The position numbers and the translations under genes were made by a program. Positions 9,633 through 18,580 of a stretch of 18,580 bases of DNA are shown here, one piece after another. The stretch lies in assembly GCF_006345805.1 (NCBI RefSeq), contig NW_021824502.1, forward strand, positions 1 to 18,580. The letters are read 5' to 3'. Source of the DNA: Octopus sinensis. Its lineage: Eukaryota. Every line of letters starts with the position of its first letter. Positions within the stretch are counted from its first letter, which is position 1. The notes under the pieces are model-generated. The model was given only the letters and a program-made list of their open reading frames with translations. It was not told where the DNA came from and made no database searches.

Positions 9633-9750
9633 TTTCATCCTTTCGGGGTCGATTAAATAAGTAGCAGTTACGCACGGGAGTCAAGTAATCGACTTAAACA
9701 CTTCCCCAGAATTCGAGGCCTAGTGCTTCCAGTAGGAATAATAATAATAA
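9633..9750 (+). mobile_element. 5'-truncated SINE family A copy with a different 3' tail ending in (AAT)n
   Basis: TTTCATCCTTTCGGGGTCGATTAAATAAGTAGCAGTTACGCAC...TAATCGACTTAA matches family A, then ACACTTCCCCAGAATTCGAGGCCTAGTGC replaces TCCGTTTGTCTGTCC. Confidence 0.8.
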
Positions 9751-9831
9751 TTATTATTATTTTTATAGCGATACAGATATTATTATTATTATTATTATTA
9801 TTATTATCATTATTATTATTATTATTATTAT

Positions 9832-9894
<63 letters not shown>

Positions 9895-9928
9895 AGTAGT
9901 GGTAGTAGTAGTAGTAGCAGTAGTAGTA
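9737..9928. repeat. Compound (AAT)/(ATT)n-(AGT)n microsatellite
   Basis: Visible directly; gives the poly-I/L/T pseudo-ORF 9763-10032. Confidence 0.95.
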
Positions 9929-10481
9929 TTGTTACAATGTTGGTACATATGTCCTAGTCGATATGCTGAAGTTATGAATTTCCTCCTCTGACCTGACACA
10001 AGAGACTTAAGACCAAAGATTTTCAAGAACACATGACCTGAAGTACATTGTATATCTCTATTTTAAGTGGGTGCGGAGTAATTTGAGAGTTATTTGGTTA
10101 GTATTTCTGGTAGAAGTGGAAACATTAAAATACACGCTCTTTGATCTGTATGTTGGTGTATTATGAAATGAAATAGGGAATGCTTGTTGTTACAAGAATG
10201 TTATGTAATATCGCAAGGGAAGTGATTTAGAAGTAGCGCCGTGTTTATTATCAAGACTATAATTAACATTTACTTTCTATGAGCATCTAGCCGTAATATA
10301 TATTTTCAAAATGGCGGCTGATGAGTTGTATGAATAAGTGACAAGTATTAAGTTACGTCTTAGCAAGTGCACAAATATTCTCCGACTCTCTATTTGTTTG
10401 GTGTGTATGTGTGTGTATATATATATATATGTATAGGTACGTATTAATATATATATGTATGCATGTATGTATATACAAATA

Positions 10482-10650
10482 TGAGGGAGAATCCACTATG
10501 TGGACGCTCTTACGCTAAAGATAGATCCGCAAGGGTCTCAACCACTAAGAATTGTTCTCAAGAAAAATTTAGCAGACTATGAACGTAAGCGAGCAGGACA
10601 AATGAAAAATAACAAAAATATAGATTAACCCCATACAATTGTTTCACTGT
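10482..10650. mobile_element. Possible repeat fragment (Penelope-like?) embedded in TA-rich microsatellite
   Basis: Complex island between microsatellites. The minus strand reads GAAACAATTGTA with palindromic ACAATTGT. Family assignment is tentative. Confidence 0.3.
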
Positions 10651-10654
10651 GATA

Positions 10655-10660
10655 TGTATG

Positions 10661-10695
<35 letters not shown>

Positions 10696-10771
10696 AAGTC
10701 AAATTGCGATAAAATAAAATTAATTATTATCGCTGGTATATATATATATATATTATATATATATATTATGT

Positions 10772-10867
<96 letters not shown>

Positions 10868-10910
10868 CTGTATGTATTATGTATGCATGTATATATGCAT
10901 GTATTAATAT
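10655..10910. repeat. (TA)n-dominated microsatellite field
   Basis: Visible directly. Confidence 0.9.
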
Positions 10911-10912
10911 AT

Positions 10913-11216
10913 GCGTGGCTCCGTGGTTAGAGCGTCGAGCGTACGATCGTGAGGTTGTGAGTTCGATTCCCGGACCGGGCTGCGCGTTGTGTTCTTGAGC
11001 AAGACACTTTATTTCACGTTGCTTCAGTTCACTCAGCTGTAGAAATGAGTTGTGACGTCACCGGTGCCAAGCTGTATCGGCCTTTGCCTTTCCCTTATAC
11101 AACATCAGGGGTATGGATTTGGGAGGCTCTCCACAAACAACCTTGCCTGGGCTTGAGCCTCGCGGGGTAACTTTCTAGGGGCAATCCCATGGTCATTCTT
11201 GACCGAAGGGGGTCTC
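10913..11216 (+). mobile_element. tRNA-derived CORE-like SINE, family C
   Basis: Well-preserved A box TGGCTCCGTGGTTAGAGC and B box GTTCGATTCC, followed by CORE-like TTCTTGAGCAAGACACTTT...CAGCTGTAGAAATG and a non-tRNA body. Confidence 0.85.
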
Positions 11217-11219
11217 AAA

Positions 11220-11317
11220 AATATATGCGTATGTATGCGTGTGTATATGTATACACATACACACACACAAACACACACACATATATATACTTACACACAC
11301 ATATATATGTATATATG

Positions 11318-11358
<41 letters not shown>

Positions 11359-11371
11359 GCATATATATCTA

Positions 11372-11404
<33 letters not shown>

Positions 11405-11685
11405 ATCTATCTATTTATCTATCTGTCTGTCTGTCTGTCTATCTATCTAGCAATGTCTCTATATATAAAGATAGGTAGGTAGCTATGTAGGTAGTTAGAT
11501 AGATATATAGATAGATAAATAAATAAATAGATAGATAAGTTTCTTTATTGGCCACACAGGGCTGCACACAGATGGGACAAGTTACAAGGTAGAGCTTTTC
11601 TTTTGGGGGATGAAGAGAACAAAAAACAAAAGAAAAAAAAGGGGGTGGCGTAGGTTTTCGATCAAGAGGGATCGTAAAAGGGAAG

Positions 11686-11746
<61 letters not shown>
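11220..11746. repeat. Compound microsatellite field (CA, TA, CTGT, CT, GATA) interrupted by an insert at 11540-11687
   Basis: Visible directly; pure (GATA)n at 11688-11746. Confidence 0.9.
11540..11687 (-). mobile_element. Putative LINE 3' end sharing its terminus with SINE family A
   Basis: Minus strand ends CCTTGTAACTTGTCCCATCTGTGTGCAGCCCTGTGTGGCCAATAAAGAAA versus the SINE A tail CCTTGTTTGTCCCCTCTGTGTTTAGCCCCTTGTGGGTAGTAAAGAAA. The upstream part is unrelated to the SINE body. Confidence 0.6.
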
Positions 11747-11747
<1 letters not shown>

Positions 11748-12124
11748 TGTAAACTTTTCTAATTATGGCATCAGAAAGCAACACAAAAAGTCAAGTAGTT
11801 AGCGAAGACTGAAACATGGTATAGAGGTTCAACAGACGTCTGTAGTCATCATATCTGTACCAATGTGCATAAGTCCTTACAAGACTTAAAAGTTAATTCT
11901 TGTTGCCCTTATCTAAGAGACCAATTAATCGATAATGCCATTGCTCAAAATATAGTTCAGGCATCCAACTCTTGAATTTTCTCTCCGAAAGAACTTTTCA
12001 AACCAATATTTACAAGCTGTAACGTATAGCTGTATGCAATGTGTTCGGGAACCATTATTTTAAAAAGAATTGCGTCATCTTCTCCCGAAAGTTTTTTGAA
12101 TATTTATAACATCGATAATGTCAG

Positions 12125-12220
12125 TGTGTATATGTGTGTGCGTGTGTGTGTGTGTGTGTTTCTGTGTGTGTGTGTGGGGGGGGGTTGTGTGCTTGTGTAT
12201 GTATGTATGTATGTGTGTAT
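12125..12220. repeat. (TG)n-rich microsatellite
   Basis: Visible directly. Confidence 0.9.
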
Positions 12221-13984
12221 TATATGGTCATTCGAAACGCATGGCATATAATTTTCATCTGAATCCCGCTAATTGACGAAATGACGCGCACCTAGTTCAT
12301 TTTTAGAAACCTGGATATATTTAGCTATTGCCTTTTAAAATTTTTATTTGATATTTTTCTTCACGAAAAAGTCAATATTTTGGTCGTCGCAGCGAGTTGA
12401 ACTCAGCTATTAAACTTTTTGGTATCATGTTCTGTTTGCGGCATTACTTTATAACAATAATGTTTATACGGAACGATAATGATTACATACAGTTAGGTCG
12501 TTGCCATGGATGGACAAGTATAAAATATATAGACTCCAGACATGATTTATTCGAAAGACATGATGACAGAACGCAGTCGATGAAATGCCCAGGCTGCTGT
12601 CAGACCTAATTAATTACAATCTTTACTTCCCTATATTCCCGACAGAAGAAATAGAAAAATAACAATAAAACTCCCTCAGTGCAGGCGTTCATATTTTTCT
12701 TTAATACATCTTGCTAAATATTGCTTCAAAGCAAACGGAATAAAAGCAATTATTTTTTTTCCAGCTTTTATTTCGAGGCGTTGGTTATCGAGGTAAAATG
12801 GCGCCGAAATATTATTCAAAGGTAGCAAAGTTCGTTATTCTGTCATTGACAATTCAATTTGTCTATGGCAAAGACAGTTACCCCAGGCTAGCTCAAGCCA
12901 TCTTGCTGAAAAAGAAAAATCAATATCGCCTTTGGGTATCTTTATACTGGTATGTTGTGTTTGCAGCATGAAAAACAAGACAAAATAAAGCAAAAAAGAA
13001 AACAATTAAAAGAATGAAGCCATACAAACTATTTCTCCACTGACCCTCAAAGCGTTCTCAAACATAGACATACATAAATGCTTACAGATATCTAACAATA
13101 TATGCACTAACCACAGAGAGGGATAGAGAGAGAGGTACAACAAAGCCCTTACACACACGTTGAATTATATCTAGTCTCAGTCCCAAATAAGTAAAACTGA
13201 CAGCAAAATAAATAAATAAGCAAATAAACTGACACAACAATATATAAATCCTGTTTCAAAATGTCGTATATCAATCAGAATATTGCAGCTTCAAATACTT
13301 GGAATGACATACGTAATTCAAATATTTTCCTGGTTCTGTCAACCTTGGGTGACGAGTACTTTTTATTTAATAGACCAGTTAGAGTAGGAGCAGTAGTTAC
13401 ATGACATCTGAAAGCTCTGAAGGCTCGCAGAACATAAAAAAAACATATCTCACTATCCTTAGACCGGGTACTTGATCGTAGTACTTGAAAATATATAAAA
13501 CACCCATGTGTATTATAGTAGAATGAAGAATGTTATGGTTGAGGCCTAACACTCAATCTTGTTCTGGTTCCTCTAATGCATAATTACTTAATAAAAGCCA
13601 AATGGGAGGTTTTGTCTTCTGTAACTGCAACACCATTTAAGAAGAGATGAACTTACCACAGAATGCTAGAGAAAAAAGCAGTCCTTCCACTCCATAGTGC
13701 TATCTTGTGGTATCCATGCTATGCTATAAGAATAAGTTAGTTTGAGAGAGCTGATTTTCGATACAAAGAGATAGAAAGACGACAAAATTGGTAACTCAGG
13801 ACAGAAATCGGTATTACTGGGTCACCTTATCGAAAATTCCTTGTATCATATCCTAGGAGTGACAAAATGAATCTTTAGTGACTTTCAGGTGATAAATTGC
13901 ATTAAATCTATTGGAGATCCTTAGTCACGTTCGTAAGTTTCAAACCCAAGACCTTTAGGTTACACGCAACAGAAAGGTTACTCA

Positions 13985-14234
13985 ATACGTTCAACCGAAC
14001 AGTCAGATCATCAACTTAACGAATAAGTGACTGAGCACACCGCAAATGACCGTAGCTTAGATGTAGATCTCAGTGAGTTTCAGCGCGTCGTAGAATATGA
14101 CAAGACTGGCCCTTAGAATTACATTTTTGCTAGCTGAGTGGACGGGAGCAAATTCTTGCTAAAGTATAAAACTTGATGACAGGAATCGAAATCACAACCT
14201 TACGATCGGGAACTAAATGACCTAACAAATAACC
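13985..14234 (-). mobile_element. Degenerate SINE with family C-like head/CORE and a different body
   Basis: AGCTGAGTGGAC.GGAGCAA...TCTTGCT...GGAATCGAA.TCACAACCTTACGATCG...CTAAC is the reverse complement of 10920-11040. The left boundary is approximate. Confidence 0.7.
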
Positions 14235-14607
14235 TTCCTAAGTACGTAGATATATCAACATACATACGTACTTCTGATCCTTCAGTTGCATTAATGCTAC
14301 GCTCTTATCTCGTAAAAATACTTTTCTTTTGGAACCCTCTCTGGACAGGTTACTTCGAACGGTATTAATTATCTTATCCTCTTTCATACAGGAACAATGT
14401 ATTCTCCGCACTGAAAACTAGCTAACTATTAATTTGATCATCACACATTAAAATCCCTAGATTTTAATCACGTGGTATTCATTCAGTTTTAAACATTTGC
14501 ACCCTAGTATTATTGCTTGATAGAGATTTTGTCGCCTTCATGAATGAACAAGTGAGTCATGAAAACGTTAACAACATTTACTCACACAATTATGGCGGAT
14601 CTTCAGC

Positions 14608-14785
<178 letters not shown>

Positions 14786-14796
14786 ACACAATCATT

Positions 14797-15259
14797 TCTG
14801 GTAGTAGGTGGTGCTGCCCTGAGCGAAGGCAACATGACTCTGCAACATGTTTCACAAGCAGAAGAACCCAGCCATGGCTGTCAGATAATTTCAGCGACCA
14901 CATCAGCCCTAACATCTGGCCACCTAACTCCGCAGACCGTAACCCTCTTAATTATTATGTGTGGGGCGCACTTCAGCGAGAGACCAACAAAACTCTTTGT
15001 AACACCAAAGATGAACTGAAGGCTAGGATTATGACAGGACTGAACAACTTAAACAAGGAAACCGTCCAGAGAGTTGCAGGAGATTCTGAAGTCGTCTGGA
15101 GGGCGTGTTTGAAGTCAAAGATGATCTTTTTGGATAAATTAACTCTTTAGTATTTCAAGATATTTCTATGTAATTTTGTTAAATATATCTATAAAATGAG
15201 ATGTCAATGTTATTTTCATTTTTGAGTAATTTAGACGACAATTTATTCACTGCACCCTG
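14797..15259 (+). mobile_element. 5'-truncated maT-like (DD37D) transposon relic with right TIR
   Basis: In frame from 14830: QHDSATCFTSRRTQPWLSDNFSDHISPNIWPPNSADRNPLNYYVWGALQRETNKTLCNTKDELKARIM. There are 37 residues between Asp (14836) and the decayed third Asp (AAT, 14950), with a later frameshift. Ends ...TTCACTGCACCCTG, i.e. a CAGGGTG-type terminus on the minus strand. Confidence 0.85.
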
Positions 15260-15261
15260 CA

Positions 15262-15306
<45 letters not shown>

Positions 15307-15311
15307 ATGTA

Positions 15312-15367
<56 letters not shown>

Positions 15368-15382
15368 TGTGTGTGTGTGTGT
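15260..15382. repeat. (TA)n-(TG)n microsatellite abutting the transposon end
   Basis: Visible directly. Confidence 0.95.
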
Positions 15383-15984
15383 CATTTGGGCCTACATATA
15401 AATCTATGAAAACATTTCTACGATAAACTTTACTGACCAACCACTTCCGAAATAAATAACAATTCCTGTGTACTATATTCCGAAAATGTTAACAAAACAT
15501 TTTAAAGAAGTACAACAAACAACTTTTACTACTATAGACACTTATTTTTAAACAGCATCTCTAGTAGTTGCAGCAAACAGAAAACGACGACGGACATTTT
15601 AAAATCATACAGAACAACAATTTGTTGCTAGTCTTCCTTTTTACAATATTAGCTGCCTATTTGTTTTCTTTGATTATTTTTTTCCCCAATGTTGATGTTG
15701 TTTATGGTGCAATGTGTGTGTGTGTGTGTGTGTGTACGTGGGGATGTGTGGAAGGAGGATGTTTTACGGAAAGAATAAATGATTCAGACAAGACGTATTC
15801 GTTGGAATCCATTTTATTTTCAAATCAGATTTTCTATTGAGCAGATCAACTCTCGACTAGACACTTTACATTTTATTATATTTCCGTAGAACTTTTATGT
15901 CTTAAGATTTTTTCTCTTTCCGAATCATTCTAAATTATTTATTTACTTAGTTGCTAACTCGCCTTGCCTTTCCCCCCTCTCACT

Positions 15985-16505
<521 letters not shown>

Positions 16506-17669
16506 TAGTGGGGTACTTGTGATTTGTGCGTCTCATTGATTTCCTTTGTGACTTCATGCATACTAAATCACTTTCACACATTTTCAATCAAGTGACTAAA
16601 TCTCAAGGAAGATACTTGAATATTGTCAGCAAGACGAGAAATGGGTTGGGTTTCGTTTTGATTGAATGACTTTTACAAATCTACTTTTCTGAAAACAACT
16701 CTCTCAAATATACCAGTTGATTTTCTTCCTGAGGAAGAGTTTTAACAAATAATGCGCAGAAAACACATTCAGATCGAGAGATAAATTCTTGATGAGAGTA
16801 AATATTGTTGCATTTGATCTTGTTCTTCTTGTTTAGACCAACGATCTGTTGGAATAAATATTCTACGTTTTAACCGTGACTGCGAGCCATTATTTGATGA
16901 GGTTCAGTCTATAATGTCTAAGTCAGTTCCAAGATCGAAAACTAAACTTTCATAACATAAATCGAATTTTAAGTTGGTAATGAAAATTAATCCATCCTGT
17001 GGTATCTCTTCACACCATAGTGGAATGGGCTGTTCGCAGTTAATCATCCTACACACCGATACGTTTTCATCAGCTACTTAAGTGGTTATTTCTTATAGTT
17101 TTGCTGTACATTCACCTGTGAATGTCCCACGTGGAGCTACCAAAAAAGAAGCACCCACGTCATGTTGTTTTTATTAAAAGCACCCACGCTTTTAATATCA
17201 ATTGTTCCCATATTTGTTTTTTTGTTTTGTTTTTGTCTCTCTCAGCAATTATTTCTAATAAATGGAGACAGACAGATTATATATCAGATTCGCAGAGGGA
17301 GATTAAACTATTTGTAATTATTTTCAGTTCAAGCACAATAATTCCATTTTTGAGGTCTTTCAAGGAAGCAGCACTTTTAATAGATGAATTAACGAATAAG
17401 TATCTGCTCCACCGTTTCTGTCCCCCAAAAGAAAGCCAAATCTCCATAAAGCATATCATATTGTTTTCAAAATATAAGGCCACAGTGGAATAACTAAGTC
17501 TTGGATAAATTGTGTAATCTTGAATTTTAAAAATAAACGACCAAAAGAAAAGAATAGTACAATGGTCTTACGATCGCTATACTTCGCCTGGAAATGCTTA
17601 TTGTAACAATAGAATATTTAGAGCCTACCTGACTGTTTGCGCTGGTATTTATCAACACCAAGCGCCTTT

Positions 17670-17998
17670 TGTTTATGTAGTATCAACATCACGTATTTAT
17701 ATACTATTAACATTATATCTACTGCAAAGCTGTTAGATAGTAGCTACATGCCATATTCATAGATCTACACCAAATATTTATATAGTAACTTATATTTTTC
17801 ATACAGTATCCATTTCACGTCTTTATATATCTACAACAGGCAATTATATAGAATTTACATCACGTTTATATTGTATATACAACAGGAAGTTATATAGTAT
17901 CTAAATCAGGAGTTCATATAGTATCTGTATCACGTGTTTATATGGTATCAATATCATGCATTCAAATATACTCTACATTATGTATTTATATACTATCG
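17670..17998. repeat. Degenerate ~24-bp minisatellite, consensus near TATTTATATAGTATCTACATCACG
   Basis: Units include TGTTTATGTAGTATCAACATCACG, AGTTCATATAGTATCTGTATCACG, TGTTTATATGGTATCAATATCATG and CATTCAAATATACTCTACATTATG; roughly 13-14 copies. Confidence 0.8.
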
Positions 17999-18355
17999 TA
18001 TAAAATTCGAACATACAACACTTCGATTCGTCTAATTCAACCTTTTTATTCATCTTGATTTTCCAAGTTTGTAGGATGCTTGACATCTCGCTGAGAGGTC
18101 AGGGAGACGCACGTGAACAATATAATGCTTAATATTCTTTCCCAAGGAATAAGGCAATTGTTTGCCGAGGAAGTCAAAGCAACTTAACGCTTCAAAAACT
18201 AGAGTTGAGTCCTGGGTTTACAAACTAATGTAATTCAGTAAAGGCTCATCTTTAGTAACTAATCAATTATATTTTCAAATTCAATTGTCTGTTAAATATT
18301 TAATTTTAATTCTAACGTAAGAATCAGTATTAGATATTTCTTTTTACATCTATCT

Positions 18356-18580
18356 ACTATTTGTTTCAGTCATTAGACTGCGGCTCTGCTGGAACACCGC
18401 CTAGAATAATTTCCAGCCTAATGTTTCAACTCCAGTACATAAATTTTTGTAATTCTGGTACTTATTATATCGGCCATTTTACCGAATTGCTATGTTATGG
18501 GGACGTCAACACACGAGCACAGTTGTCAAGTGGTTGAGGATGGCTGGGGACAAACACAGACACAAACACACCTCCTACAC
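18356..18580 (-). mobile_element. SINE family B, 3' half, minus strand, cut by the window edge
   Basis: TATTTGTTTCAGTCATTAGACTGCGGC..TGCTGGAACACCGCC...GTACTTATT.TATCG...GGGGACAAACACAGACAC aligns with 3570-3750. Confidence 0.85.

Noticed and set aside
10913-10985. Apparent tRNA gene (good A and B boxes)
   Set aside because: No proper acceptor stem or poly-T terminator, and it continues directly into a SINE body
17215-17493. Possible exon (pyrimidine tract + CAG near 17246, ORFs on both strands)
   Set aside because: No recognisable protein similarity or convincing donor site; needs RNA-seq to test
17670-17998. CRISPR-like array
   Set aside because: Units are contiguous and degenerate, with no unique spacers or cas genes, in a eukaryotic context

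Overview
AT-rich, microsatellite-saturated eukaryotic intergenic or intronic DNA. The repeat repertoire resembles an octopus (coleoid cephalopod) genome, which is an inference from recalled repeat families. I find no supportable host exon or RNA gene, and almost all listed ORFs are microsatellite or repeat artefacts. The window holds about ten tRNA-derived SINE copies or fragments with at least three head types and swapped internal and tail modules. It also holds three decayed Tc1/mariner transposase C-termini of different families (mariner-like, D-37-E TRT-like, D-37-D maT-like), a 308-bp foldback/MITE element with 72-bp arms, a Penelope-type fragment with a degenerate minimal hammerhead motif, a putative LINE 3' end inside a (GATA)n array, and a cryptic 24-bp minisatellite. 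I cannot support a genuinely new biological system. The best leads are RNA-structure related (foldback with G-U bias, inverted SINE pair, hammerhead relic) and the TRT-like transposon.
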